DNA of 61,018 nucleotides, the filler included. It is 9 parts of 9 records of this genome, joined end to end, with 100 filler letters (N's around TTAATTAATTAA, not from the genome) between each part and the next. Parts side by side here need not be neighbours in the genome. Positions count along the whole stretch, not along the records: positions 1 to 17,628 come from SRR7504441_1559; 8 more parts are not named here. One strand, given 5' to 3'. Made by a program: the position numbers and the translations under genes. Positions within the stretch are counted from its first letter, which is position 1, and each line of letters begins with the position of its first letter. Below the pieces are notes generated by a model that was given only the letters and a program-made list of their open reading frames with translations, did not search any database and was not told where the DNA came from. Of the stretch, positions 1-13,700 are shown piece by piece.

Positions 1-2214
1 CCCCCCCCCGGCTTGCCGATCAGGTCTGATCACCACCTCCCTTGCAGGGCGGGCAATGATGAGCTCGAAGAGTCGCTGGACAATGGCAACCAGCAAGGTG
101 GAATCGAGTACCAAATGGGCAAGCTCTTTGGTGGCACAACAAGCCATAAAGAGGCGGCAGAGGCGTATGTCAAGCGCATTGATCAGGAGGTCAGTGGATT
201 TTACGTGGCTGGTGCCGAGACCCGCCGGGAGTACGAGAGCGCGACCATCAAAGACTGGGAGAATGTCGGGCCCGTGGATGCTTCCGATGCTTCTGCCAAA
301 AGACACGGTCCGGCCGCTCAGGTAGCACAGGCAGCAGTGGAAGCTATGTGTAGACGCCAGACTTACAACATACCCACTCTCAAGGAGAGACTTCAGGAGA
401 GAGCCGCCGCACGCAAGCTGCTGGCTACCGAGGGCATCGTGGCCGACCTGTCGCATCAGGTAGGGTCTCGGCGCAGAAGACACCGGAGGCGGCCCTCGCA
501 CCGGAGGCGGCCCTCGCGGTGGAAAACTAGGGCTCCAACTAGGGCTCCAACTAGGGCTCCAACCAAGCCTCCGCCGACGAGTGCTCCAACCTTCAATATT
601 GATTGCTCAGCGAAGATCACCGTGGCGGTGAATCACGCGGCATTCATGGCCTCCTTGGAGCAAGGTGCCAAGAAACTAATCGATTCAGTGACAAGCTCAC
701 TTGGCCAGAAACTGACCCGAAAAATCGCAAACGAGCTCTCTCCCTTCACAAGCCCTGCAGGGTGTGACAGCTGTCTTGCAAGAGCTGCTGAAGTTGGTGT
801 GCAAAATAGAAGTAGAGTCGGTCAACGCAAGCAGCACCTGCAAGTGCCCGCTCCGGGGGTCAAAAACTGGATGCTAACTGGGGGTGGCTTTGAAGCAGAG
901 GGGGGGCGAGTCAAACGGTCATCCATTAGCCCACAGACACAAGTAGCCCAAGCCCTTTTTGTTAAGCCACAGGACAAGGCACTCCGGAAGCTGGCATCTT
1001 TCGGGTGGGAATGTCGTACAAAGAGTGAAGCTCAATTCCGGTGGGCTACCATCCCTGCATCCTTGAGGACGGCAAGGCATGTGAGGCATGCAAAGATGAA
1101 ACATGCCGGTATAACAAGGCCAGCCTGTTCTCATGCCTGTGGAGAAGTGGATTTGACGCCAAAAACCCAACAATGCAAAAGTACATGGCTTCGGTAAGTT
1201 CCTACATGGCCTGTGCCGATGCCATAATTTGTTTAACTGCGTAGTACTGTCACTGATTATTTATACTAGGATGTGCTGATGCAAGTCAGGATGAACGGCA
1301 ACTGTGACCAAACCAAATTGCAATGTGAGCACATTGCATCACTTGAAAAATGTCAGGCAAATGCCACAGAAGCTTCCTGCAAAGATGAGTTCCGGCCTGG
1401 TATCCAGCACACAACGAGGAACTCAAAGGTAGACCCTTGTCAATCAAAACGCAACAAAATTCGAAAGGATATCCAGCAAGCACAACAAGAAGGGGAAGTC
1501 TTGCGTGGCAAACTCAACTTGATTATAAGCAATCTTAAGAAAAGTATTCGGAGCCTTGAACCTCGAACCCAACCTGCAATCCCTAGTAAGCAGCGACTGC
1601 CACGTTCTACTGTGGCTGTGCTCGAACAAGAGAGCCTGAAAGAAGCACAGTCAAACCAAAGGGCCAACGGAACCCAAGAGGTGAACCCAAAAGTGAAAGG
1701 CATTAATGACCAACTAAATATTCTCACTGGTAGCATAACCACTTGGCAAAGGCAATTGGAAGAAAAGGAGAGATACTTTCCAGCAGGAGATGTTTGTGAA
1801 CCATGCCACAAAACATGCATGAATTGCATTGGTCCATCACGTTATCATTGCAAGGAAACCTCAAGCTCAGGACCATGTAACACAGAAAAGGGATTCGGTT
1901 TTATCATGTATGATCCTTACCTCTTGACTGGAGCATGTGAACCTTTCCCGAAAGATAACACTTGCACTGAGCTATCTATCCCAAAAAGTACTACTGAAGT
2001 GCATTCTCGAGCTGCATTCTCCAAGGTCTGTACAATTGTACGAACAGATGAAGACACTGGCACCCCCATCTCATGTCAAGTGACGAAGCTCATCGTGTGC
2101 AAATGTGCAACCAAAGTGACCAAGACTGAACAATGTCCGGGGTGGAAATGTGATGTGAGAAAGCAATCGATTAACCCGCATAGGGTCTGTGAGAAGGTGG
2201 TTATGGCTTTGTGA
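1..2214 (+). CDS. 5'-partial multi-exon protein, probably extracellular: poly-Arg/His tract, TRAP/PT repeats, coiled coil, furin-like Cys repeat and Cys-rich C-terminal domain
   Basis: ORFs 13-1197, 1041-1244 and 1273-2214 can be joined by introns, e.g. GTAAGT...TAG at about 1195-1269. Motifs: SRRRRHRRRPSHRRRPSRW, TRAPTRAPTRAPT and CEPCHKTCMNCIGPSRYHC. Internal junctions near 920-1040 are not fully resolved. Confidence 0.6.
481..561 (+). repeat. Coding tandem repeats: CACCGGAGGCGGCCCTCG x2 (481-516) and ACTAGGGCTCCA x3 (526-561)
   Basis: Read directly from the sequence; they encode HRRRPS x2 and TRAP x3. Confidence 0.9.
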
Positions 2215-2616
2215 GAGAACAACATTATTCGTTTCTGCCGACGTTGACAGTTCTGTCACAGTTCATGTACATGTAGTCGACATAATTATTATAGTCGACA
2301 ACAGCAAATGCCTTCAATGCGCGCTAGAGTGTGCACATGCGCGATAAACTATAAAAATCTAGTGGGGCCTCCACTCGAATAAAATTTGAATTTAAGCTTG
2401 CCGCTCAAGTCAAAAATAATACAAGTAATAAAAATAATCTAAACAAGCTTTTTTAATACTTTTTAACTTTAGATACATCTACAATATTTTCTTAACATGT
2501 AAGTCCCGTGTCAAGCTGGTCTTGTTACTCTTGCTCACGCAATTGTTGGCTGATTATTGGCTGACCATTCTGAATCAATTCTCAATGACTAATCAACGAC
2601 CAAACGGCCACTAGAT

Positions 2617-5600
2617 CTAGTGCAACAGCCGGAGGGCCGCCCCAAGCGTGGTGGTGTCCATCTTCTCAAGCTGCGACACGTGGACGGTGCCATGACCCTT
2701 GTACAGCGCATTGACCGACGCCAGGCCCGCATCAGTCGCGTTGCTGCTTGGCTCGGGATCTGGCCTGGTCGAGTCCCGCCCGTATGGCGTGTACCCACTT
2801 GGTTTGCTGGCTACATACTCATGCGTACCGCCGTACACTTGCCGGACCGGCTCGGGCTCGGGCGCATCGAATCGCGAGTGGCGCGGTGGGCCCGGCTTGG
2901 TGCAGGCCTGCTCAAGCTTGTCGGACACGCGGCGCTCCTTCTCGAGGGCCTCCGAGAGCCGGCCGACAGTCTGGTCCTGCTCGCGAGTGGCCAGTTCCCA
3001 GGCGGCCTCGACCTCGTACTTGGTCTGCATCAGGTGATCGAGCTTAGACCTGAGCGTCAGCCTGGACTCGGACGATGAGCTCATTTGCTCCTTGAGCACC
3101 GCAATCTGCGCATCCAGCACGTCCACCTGCTTGCCCTGCTCAGACGAGCCATGCGCCTCGCCGTGGAAGTGGCCAGCCTGCACGAACAGCCCGAGGTTTT
3201 CAAACTCCTCTATGCTCTGCTGCTCGCTCATGTGCAGCTGGGCCAGCTTCCAGTTCTGCGCCCGGAGGCTCTTGCGCAGCTCCTCCACCTCAATAGCGTG
3301 CTGCTGGTCGATCTCCTGGTACTCGTGCTGCAGCCGCTCAAACTTCTCCTGGCAAACGATCAGCTGCCGCTCTCCCTTGTTCTTTGTGTCGAGCTGCACC
3401 CGTTCGGCCTCCTCGATGTCCTTGAGCACGTCCACCTGCTGCTGCTTGATCTTGTCCTCCTCGGTCGAATACACCGACTTTGTCAGCTCGTACGCCTGCT
3501 TGGCCTCCACTAGCCGCGCGTCGCTTGCCGCCCGGATCGCCGGGGCCTCTTTCTCCATCTCTGAGAGTGTGGTCCTGGCCTCGTTCACCTTGGCTTGCCA
3601 GGTGTCGCGCTGGCTCTCGAAGTTGAGCTTGAGCTGCTCCATCTGGCGCTCGGCCTCGCTCTTGACGCTGCTCCGCTCCTGTTTGCACGCCTCGAGCTGC
3701 GACCGCTTGGACTCAAGCTCGGCCTGGAGCGCCATGTACTGGTCGTTCATCTTGTCCTTCTCAGTGGTCAGCCCGCGCTTGGCGTCCTCGAGCGCCTGCT
3801 TCTTGGAGGCGATCTCGGCGTCGGTCTTGGCGCGGAGAGAGTCGGCGTCGGCGGTGACCACGTGCGCGTGCGCGTCGTGCTGCATGATCACGGTGTTCTG
3901 CAGGTACTCCTTGAGCTTGGCCAGGTTGTTCTGCAGCTCAAAGTATTTGTTCTTCTTCTCGTAGTACTGCTGGCGCTGGATGGTTGCGTGGATCAGGCCG
4001 ACCAGCATCTGCCGGTCCTTGGGCTCGTAGAACGCAGCATACTCCTTCATGAACCGCTGCCGCGCGAGCACGCCGTCGATCACTGGTCCAATCTGGGTGG
4101 CTAGCTTGCGGGTCAGCTGGTACTGCCGGCGGGAGGCTGCGGCCAGCCACACGGTCTGGATAACGTCGCCACTCACGCGCAGGTATTCCCGCCGGAATGA
4201 ATCCATCTTGTGAGTCAGCTCGTCCTTCATCATGATCATCGGCACAGTCCGCGCATTAGCCTTGGGAGTGCCGAGCGCAATCAGGTCGCCGCCGGTCTCC
4301 TCCACGGCTTGGGCCTCCTTGTAGATGTCGAGCGTCTTGACGTAGGCCACAAACGCCTCGGGGGTGCTCGCGGCCCTGTTGATCACGCCATACTTGTCCA
4401 TGAACTCCTGCACCGGCAGCCGGAACGGGAAGCCGATCTTCCGGATCTTGAGAGCGTCCATCATCCCGGTGTACCGGAGCTGGTTGAGTACCAACCAGCC
4501 CTGCAGGATGTCCTTCTTCTTGTAGATGTTGGACTTGATGCACCGCACAAAGTGGCAGTTGGACGCCTCGAGGATCGTCATGAGTGAGTTCAGCTTGAGC
4601 ACGAACAGGCCCAGGATGGTGGCGGGGAGCGCCTTCTGCGACTCGCGGGTCATGTACGCCCCGGGGAACTCGGTCGGGGAGGCAGTGATCACAGTGAGCA
4701 GATCCTCGGTGATTGTGCCGTTGTTCTTGTTCAGCCAGTTGAGAGAATCGTAGATCACTTCTCCCGCATAGTGCTGCATCGAGAACACGCGCCGGGAGGT
4801 GTGGTTGCCCTTCCTGTCGGCGTCGCGCCACTTTTTGATGTAGCGGTGCCGGTTGGGCAGCTGCTCGAGGTAGATGGTCGCCTTTTCTTCCTTGATGGTA
4901 CCATCCAGCTTCTTCTGCTTGACCTTCATGTCTTTCATCTTCCGCTGCAGCGCGTTCAAAAAGTCGATATCGAAATCCTCCGAGTCCTTGCTGGTGTCGG
5001 CGTTCCGGCTAAACTTCTCGGTGAAGTCGCCCAGCACGTCTTTCACGCAGTCGCGCTTCCTCTTGAACAGCACCTCGAGTGCGGGGCCGTTGTCGTTGAA
5101 CGGAAGGTCGATCTCGTAGTGCAGCTGCTCCTTGATGATGAACTTCTCGGCGTCCATGATGTCGCGCTGGTACTTGTTCTGGAGCGTCTCGTTGCACAAG
5201 TTGATGCAGAATTGCTCGAAAGAGTTGAGCAGCACTGGAGGGTTGATCTTGTCCTCCATCGTGCACTCAAACCCAAAGATGTCAAGCACGCCCACAAACC
5301 GGTCGGCGCTCTCGTCCATGTCCTCCTTGAGCCCGAGCGACACCTCCTCCACGATCCAGTTGAACATGAAATCGTAGATAGTCGCAGCAATCGACCGGAC
5401 GTTCACCTCGGCCTTGGCCGGGTTGTACTGTGCCCTGAACTTGCCGACTCGCTTGGTGGTGAGCTCCTGCTCGAACAGCGCGGCGTCGATCTGGAGCAGC
5501 TCGGCGATCTTGGCCAGAGTCTCCTGGTTGCCCACGCACGAGGCGTCCTCGTCACCGCCCTTGGGGACCATGTGCAGCTGTCCCATCAGCAACACTGCGC

Positions 5601-7322
5601 TTGACGTCTTGTAGATCTGCATCAGCATAGCCTCCACCTCCGCGGGCGGGTGCGTGGCCGAGAAAGCGTCCGAGAGCGCCTTGTTCACGTCAGCGAACCG
5701 CGTGGCCTCGCCGCCTGGTGCATCATAGAGCGAAGGCACCTCGAACATGAGCGGGTCGTTCACCTGGTCGGGCGAGGCGCGGGTGGGCGGGCTGCTCTGG
5801 CCGAGGTCCGACTCCGGGACGAACCGGTTGAGGTAACGGTACTTGGGGGCGTCCATCAGATGCAGGTCACGCTTCATTGAGCTCGAGGCCCCGGACAGCA
5901 GCATGTAGAAGAAATGGAAGTTCCGCTCTCCTGCAGCTTGCATGCACACACGGGATTTCTCGAGCAGAAAGGGCGAGATCTTACACCCGGTGACGGTCTG
6001 AGTATCGCGAGAGATGTAAACTTGGAACAACTTGCCGAAACGGGAAGAGTCGTCGTTGCGCGGCATGGTCGAGTTGCCAAAAGCGTCCAGGATCACGTTT
6101 GAGTCGAGCATCCGCTTGGTCACCGGCAGCTTGCCGTCCTTGCTCTGGGCCTTGCCGGCGTACGCGAGGTAGTCCAGGATCTTTTTGGTGTTCCATGTCT
6201 TGCCGGCGCCAGATTCTCCCGTGATCACCATCGCCTGGTTGCCGCCGCCCGCGCCGTCCAGCAGGCACGAGTCAAAAAGCTTCTTGGCCGTCCGGTACGC
6301 GTGCGGCTTGCTGTCCCCGCGCGCCACCCGCTCCATCACCTGGCCCACCGCTCGCCCGCCTCCCGCCGACCGGCTCGCACGTCGTCGCCGTACAGGCCTT
6401 GGATGCCCTTGAATGGATTGACCGCCACCAGCGTGTCCCCGCAGTCGCACTGGCACCCGGTCAGCCGCGGGGCCGGAGCGGTGACGCACGTAGCATTTGT
6501 CCCGCGAGTGCCAGATCCGAAGGTTGCGCGCGAGCTCGGCCTCATTGAGGTTCTTAATCTCAGTCATATTGTCATACCCCTGACACAGCCAGATTGAGCG
6601 CCCATACACACAGCCGGCCCGACCACCGCCCGGCTTGGTAAGCCGGCCGATCGTCGGCCCGGCCAGGCATAGTGGGCCAACTTACAAAGTTGGGGAATTC
6701 GCTATCAAACAAGCAGCAATACGCCAAGTCCTTGTCAGGCTCGCCCGTCAAAGGCAGCTCGCGCTCCTGCTCGGCAGCTCAGCCCCGGCCTGGCCAGCTC
6801 GCCACCTTGCCCGCCTCTTGCCCCTGGGATGAGCCGTCGTAGCTCTCCGGCAGGATCTGCAGCTTGACCTGCCGGAGAGACTCAGCCCCCGCGCCGCGCT
6901 CCTGACCGACCTTGCGCTTGTCCGCGTTGACTTCGGTGACCGAGCAGAACCAAGTGCCGCTGGCGAACCTGCGGTCCGGCGGTTACGGGGCCGGTCCGGG
7001 GCTCAGACTTGTCTTTCTCGACCTTGAGCCGGCCCTCGTCGGCCTTCACCTGGGGGGCGGGGCTGAGCGGGCAAGCGGGTGTGGGCTGACCATCACGATC
7101 CGGTCCCACATGTTGGGCGCGGTCGAATCCTTGTCAAACCCGGTGCCCAGTCGATGCACCTGCTTGCCCTCCGCCAGCCCGGCCCGGGGTGGGCTACCTC
7201 CCCAGGTTGGACCCACCAGCATACGGAGCCCTGGCCGACCGGCTTACTGGCCGGGACCGCCGGGACCGCCGGGGCACCTGTTCGAGCGGCAGCAGCTTGT
7301 TGCTCTCATTCTTGCGGCCCAT
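2617..7322 (-). CDS. Myosin heavy chain (divergent, class not assigned): N-terminal extension, motor, about 3 degenerate IQ motifs, coiled-coil tail
   Basis: P-loop GESGAGKT, switch I NDDSSRFGK, ERNFHFFY, switch II DIFGFE, NSFEQFCINLCNE, HFVRCIKSN. About nine short GT-AG introns between 6340 and 7280 restore CGDTLVAVNPFK. Start MGRKNESNK at 7322; last exon 2617-6339. Confidence 0.93.
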
Positions 7323-7755
7323 TCTCCTCCTTGGGTCGGCGGCCTCGTCCAATGGCGCTGGCAGTAACAGCCTCTCATAACGATCGTTTCAACGGAATTC
7401 GCAGATGAGATTGATGCATGGTCAGCTGGTAGCGCCGCGCGGCCGCGTGAGTCTCCGTGCATGCGACGAGATCTGTATCATGTTAACAAACAGCAGATGT
7501 TGAATCTCGATACACATGCTCATGTCCTATCAATGCCGATCAACTCATCGCGCGATCACCAATGACCACGTAGGCACGCTGCACGCATAACCACCGATCC
7601 GCTGAGGTGCTGACCATCGAAGCGTACGTAGCGATCAAATGAATGCTCAATTCCATGATGATGACATCATTTGGCATGCTTCAGGTGGAGAGCCGATGTC
7701 ATGATTAGCGACGACGCACGTGCGCCCACTACTAGGCGTCATCGTCGGACTCGCC

Positions 7756-10700
7756 ATGGACTCGCGGACTACTTCCCGCAGGGGTTGTGCAGGGGTTGAG
7801 CGGTTGGGCGCAGGGATGACGACCAAGAGTGGGAGTGGCGTGTCGAATCCGGAGAGCTATTTCAAAATCCCCAACTTTCAGTATGGGAAGTTAGCACAGG
7901 AGATCAAGGCCAGCTCAGCAGAGGAATGTGCCAAGATCTGTGGAGCAAGTGCGTTCCATCTTTATCAGCCTGCAACTGACTGAATGTGTGCGTGTTTGCA
8001 GAGGAGGAGTGCCGCTCGTTTAGTTGGGGCGCGGGCAAGAAGTGCCTATGGTCTCCTGAGAGCATCGCGTACAACTCAGCATATGACTTTTATGCAAAGA
8101 CCGATCCAGCAAGTGGAGCCCCGTACAACTACTATGAATTCCTCGGAGTTTTGTACCATGATCGGGATGCAAAGGCCACGAAGGACGTGACTGGGGACCA
8201 GTGTAGGGCTTTGTGCGATGGGTCAGACAGTTGTATGTCCTACTCCTACGGTGCTGCTGACAAGACATGCTACACCTCTGGGGATGCTGTAAAGTACAAC
8301 AACCAGTTCACCTACTATGAAAAGCCCAAAGAAAAGATATCTCGCGAGTTCAAACGGGGCGCTCCCAAGGAGGTGAGTGCCAAGGCTGCTGCAGCAAAAG
8401 TCTTGTCGGTCAAGGCTCCTAAGCAGAGCAAGTCAGCGCAGGAGAGATCGTCGTCAAGTGATGATGCGAACAAGGCGTCGGCGGATGTAGGAAGCGGGCA
8501 GCTCTTGCTAACAGTGCTGCTCAGGACGCAGCAAATGCTAAGAAAGAGGGGAAACAAGCAGCCGAGGCAGAGAAGGTGGCAGAGAAAGCAGTGAAAGGTG
8601 AGGAAGCCAAGAAAAAAGAAGCTGAAGCCCTGGCTAAGCAAGCTGCTCTCAAGGCAGAGAAAGATGCAAGCAAGGAGAAGAAGCAGAAGGCTGAAGCAGC
8701 GGCAGAAAAGGCACAAAAGCAGGAAGCAGAAGTAGCTGAGAAGAAGAAGGCGAAGCAAAGCCAAGAGCTCGATGACAAAGACCGTGTTGCAAAGCAGAAC
8801 GAAGCTAAGGCCAAAGAGAAAGAACAGAAGGCTGATGCGTCTGCAGAGCTGAAAAAGAAGGAGAACGAAAGGGCCAAGGAACAGGTTGCCAAAAAGGCAC
8901 AGAAGGCTGAGGCGGCTAAGGCTGCAGCAAATATTGAAAAGCAAAAGGCCGCTGCTGAGGGTGACAAAGTTGACGAAGAGGATATCAAAGCAAAGGAGGA
9001 GGATGCAGAGGGCAACGCTAAGGCAGCAGCGGCAGCAAGGGAGGTAGAAGCAAAAAAGCAGGCCGAACAGAATGAAGCAAGCGCCAAAGCTGCTGCCAAG
9101 GCCGCAAAGAAAGCCAAGAAGAGGCTTGAAGCTAAAAGGCGAGCCAAGAAAACGGCTACCAAGAATGAGCTGGCTTCTAAAGATGTGGCTGCGAGAGCTC
9201 TTCAGAAGAAGGCATCCAAACAGCAAAAAGCTGAGCAAGCACAAGCAAAGAAAGAAGCTGCAGAGAAGAATGTTGCTGCTGCAGGCTCAAACGCAGAGAA
9301 GAAGTTAGCTAACGAAATTTTGAAGAAGCAGGCAACCAAGGCTGCGGATGCAGCAGTATTTGCCCGTAAAGCTGCTGATAACGAGAAACAAGCCAAGAAA
9401 GATGCCGCTAAAAACGCTAAACGTCGCGAAAAAGCAGAAGATGCAACAGATAAGGCTGCCTATCGAAAGATTGAGGCAGACATGATGAAGAAGCTGGAGA
9501 CCAAGAAAACTCAGAACGCCAAGGCAAATGCAGACAAGGCCAAAGAGATCAGCATAAAGGCCAGCCGAGCCGCTAAATCTCAGAAGCAGGAGACAAAGGA
9601 AGCCAACAAAAAGAAGGCAGTTGGTGAGCAAGAGGAGTCCAAGAAGGAAGCTAGGGCTCAAGATGATGATGCTCGTTTTAAAGCAACTCAGGCCAAGGCT
9701 GCAGAAGAGGCTGCAGTGAAACAGGTCAAGGATTCAAAGACACGGGAAGAGGCATTGAAGGCAGCACAGAAGCTTGTGAAGGCTAAGAGCAATGCTGACG
9801 AGGCAGACCAAAAGGCGCGGCTCGCTGATGCCCAGAAAGCTGCTGCTGACGAAAAGACTGCTGCTGCCAAAAAGGTGGAATCCAAGGAGGAGAACAAGCT
9901 GAAAGAGCTGCAAAAGGAACAAGAGCAGGATGAGGAAGACAAGGCTGAACAAAAGGCTTCCAAGACTGTCCAAAAGATCAGGAAAGAAGAAAGCAAGCTG
10001 GATGTGGATGATGCTAAAAGAGCAAAAGCGCTTAAGAAGGAAAGTAAGGACAATAAAGAGGTCTCCAAGGATAGCAAGGACGAAGGTGATGCCAAAGAAC
10101 AGGTCAAAAAGACGCAGAAGGAGGTGAAAGAGCTGCAAGAAAAGCTTGACCCCAACAACGCTGAAATGAAGGCTCTGCAACTCAAGCAGAAACTCAAAGA
10201 GGCGAGGAAGCAAAAGCAGGCGGACAAAAGGAAGTCTAAGGCGCTGAAAAAAGCTGCAAACAAAGCTAAGAAACTGGTCAAGGGTTTGCAGTCGCAAAGA
10301 GAAAAGGACATCAATGCTGCTAACAAGGAGCTGGCTGAGCAGAGTGCCGAGGAGGCAAAGGCGGACGAAAGCAAGCAAAAAGCAGAAGCAAAGAATCTTG
10401 AGGCAACTGAGGGTGCTACCAAATCTAAGGCTGCAGAGACCCTGGCAGCCAAAAAGCTGGAGGATGACAAGAAGAAGGCTGCAGATGCTCAGGCAGCAGA
10501 GAAGATGAATGCGCAAAAGGAAAAAATCAAGAAAGTAGAAGAGAAGAAGCTGGCAGAGGAGCAGAAGAAGGCCAAGGAGGCAAGCGCCAAGGCCGATGTG
10601 CAGCGGATTGCAAAGGAGCAAGCAGCCGCCGAATTGAAAGCAGCTGAATCTGCTAAGAAGGCGGCAGCAAAGAAGAAGGAGGAAGGTATCACCACGGGCA

Positions 10701-13700
10701 ACAAAGTGGCACTTGCACAAGCTCGCACACAAGAGCGTACCGCCAAGAAAGAGAAAGAGAGAGCCGAAGCGAGTGAAGAGAGAGCCGATGAAAATGCTGA
10801 TAAAGCAAACAAGGAGGAGAAGAAGATCTTAAATGAGGAGTCAAAAGCTAAAGCAAAAATTGATGCTGCAGGCAAACCCAAGACCAAGGATGAGACCAAA
10901 AGCAACGAACTTCAAGCCAAGAAGGACCTTGCCGTTGCTAAAGAGAGGGATACAAAGAAGAAGGAGGCAGCAGGAGCTTTGGAACAAAAGGCCAACGCAG
11001 AAGAGAAGAAAGCTGCAGATGCTGCCACAGCTGAGAAAGAGGTCAGCGACAAGAAGAAGCTCAAGCAGGATGCCGAGGAGGCAAAGGAGAAAGCTGAGGA
11101 AAAGGCCCTGAAGAAGGCAAAGAATGAGCTTGAGGCTGACAAGGCAAAGGCGGCTGGCAAGGCAAGGGATGCTAAGAAGAAGGAACTGGATGAAAAGAGT
11201 GATTTGAAGGAAGCAAAGAAAATCAAAGCGCAAATCAAGAATGCCAAGGATAAGACAAAGGAATCAGATCTTAAGAAATTGGAAGCCGAGCTTGCTAAGG
11301 ACAAAGCTGAGGAGGCAGGGACAAAGAAGGCTGCTCGTGAGGCCAAAGACAAGGATACGGTTGCTAAAGGTAAAGCTGACGCGCTTGAGAAGCAGAAGAA
11401 AGATGATGATAAGAAGCGCATCACGGATGAGGCCAAGCTAAGCAAAGGCATTGCGGCTGAGAATTCAGAGAAGCAGTCTCAGCAGCGACTAGCTGAACGA
11501 GAAGAAGAGCGCTCCAAAAAGAGAAAAGAGAAACAAGCAGAAGAAGCTAGCCGGGAGAAGACTCGAAAGGAGCGCACTCGCAAGGAAAGCCAGCGCGCTG
11601 CTGAGAAGGAGGCACAACTAGCTAAGGATGCTGAAAAGCGTGTGGCAACCACCAAGGAGGTTCATCTTAAGGAACTGCAGAAGATCCGTGAATTCAAGGC
11701 TTCCAATCTGATCTATGCAAAAGCAAAGTCTGTTGAAGCAGAGAAGGAGGCTCGTCAAGAGAAGACAAGGAAACTTGCAGCAATGGCAGATAAGGCAGAG
11801 AAGGAGAAGGCACGGGCGGCTCAGGAAGCTGTCAATAAAGTGAAGAAGGCTTCGCGTGCAGCAGCCGAAGAGGAGGCGGCAGCGGAGAAGAAGGAGGCAA
11901 AGGATGAGAGAAAAGTCAAGCAGGCTGAGGAGGAGGCTGCTGCTGCCAAGAATAAGGCCAACGCATTGGCTAAGAAAAAAGTGAAGGCTCTGGCTAAAAA
12001 TGCTGCAGCCAAGGTGGAGGCAGCCCAGAAGGAAGCCAAAGTGGAGGCAGCCAAGGAGGAAGCCCAAAGTGCTGGGAGCTCTGACGAGAGGAGCAATGCT
12101 AATAAGAATCTTGCCAAGGCTGAGCAGAAAGCTGCAAAGGCAGAGACCCGAAAGGCAGAGGCAAGTGCCAAAGCTAAGGTGGTTGGAGACGCAGAGAAGA
12201 AACAGGAGAAGAAGGCAGAGAAGAAACAGGAGAAGAAGGAGGAGGATGCTGCAGAAAAGGCAAAGGATAAAATAATTGATGCCAAGGACAAGGCAAATGC
12301 TGCCAAGGAAGTCTCCAAGGAAGAGGCCAAGGCAGAGGTGGTTGAGGGTAAGCTTGAAGCTACAAAGAAGGTCGTGAACCAAGCAGAAACGCTCAAGGAA
12401 AGGGCTGTAAAGAGTGCAACAAAAGCCGAGGCGGCAACATTGCTGACCAAGCAGCAAGAGGCTGAGGCAGCAAATAAGAAGAAAGAAAAGGAGTTTGAGG
12501 CAAAGGTTGCAAAGGATCGTGAGAGGAGGGCAGCTGACCGCCTGGCCAATAAGAAGGCCACAGATGCGGAAAAGATTGACCAGGAGAAGGAGAAGGAGAA
12601 GGAAAGCAAGGAGCTTGAGCGTGAGAGGGCAAAGGAAGCAGCTGATGAAAAGAAGGCTGAAAGGAAGAGAGAGGCAGCACAGGCGAAGGCCAAGTTGGAA
12701 GCAGTCGAACAGAAGGCCGCTGAGACTAAAGCTGAGGCCGACAAGATGAAAATTGATGGTAAGGTTGCAAGGGCCAAGAATCTTCGACTTGCTCAGCGCG
12801 TGGCAGCCATGAATGAGAAAAAGATTGACGGTGATGCCGAGGGGGTCAAGGTTGAGGTCAAGAAAGATTTAGAGGCTGCTGCCATGGGCAGAGCAAAGGC
12901 GACTATGGACAGTGCCAAGGCTGTTGCAAAGCAGTCAGGCAAGGAAGTCAAGCTGATGGCAAAGAGCATCAAGGAGGATGCGGCTAAGATTGCACCACTA
13001 GTCAACAAAGCTGCCGAGCAGAAAGCCAAGGAAAAAACCAAGGCGCTTGCAGCCAAGGAGAAGGAGGAAGAGGCCAAGCTTAGGGCAGAAAAGGAGAAGG
13101 CTGAGGAGATCTCAGTGAAGGAAAAGGAGGCTGCAAGGGCTGAACAAGCATCTAAGAAGGCAGCCAAGCAGGCAGCTGAGAAGGCTAAGAAGGAAGAGGA
13201 ACGGTTGGCACTGCTCAAAGCTAAGCAGTTGCAGATGGAAAAGGCTGCAAAAGAAGCTGTATCTTACAAGGACAAGCTTGAACGAGCAATTGATGCTGCA
13301 GAGGAGGAGAAACAAGCCCAGGCTGAAGCAAAGAAGGCAGAAGAGCTTGTCGAAAAGAACAAGGAGATGCAAGTAAAGGCTGCCGAGCAGGTGCAGAAGC
13401 GCCTGGTGGCTGAAGCTGCCAAGCGCAAGGCAGACGAGCAGGCAGACAAGGCTAGACTGAAAGAAATGGACAAGAAAGCTCAAGTGAAGAAAGCCCAAGC
13501 CGAGCTTAAGCTCAAGCAAGCGGAGAAGGAGAAGCTGGAAGCAGCAAAACGGGCATTAGCAGAAAGCAAAGCCAAGCAGAAGGCAGCTGAAGGGCTGGCA
13601 AAGAAAGCTACTGAGTTGACCGAGAAGAAGATTGCAGAGCGTCTGAGGTTAGACAAGGCCATGAAAGCAGCTAAGGAGCAAAAAGAAAAGCAGGAAGAGG

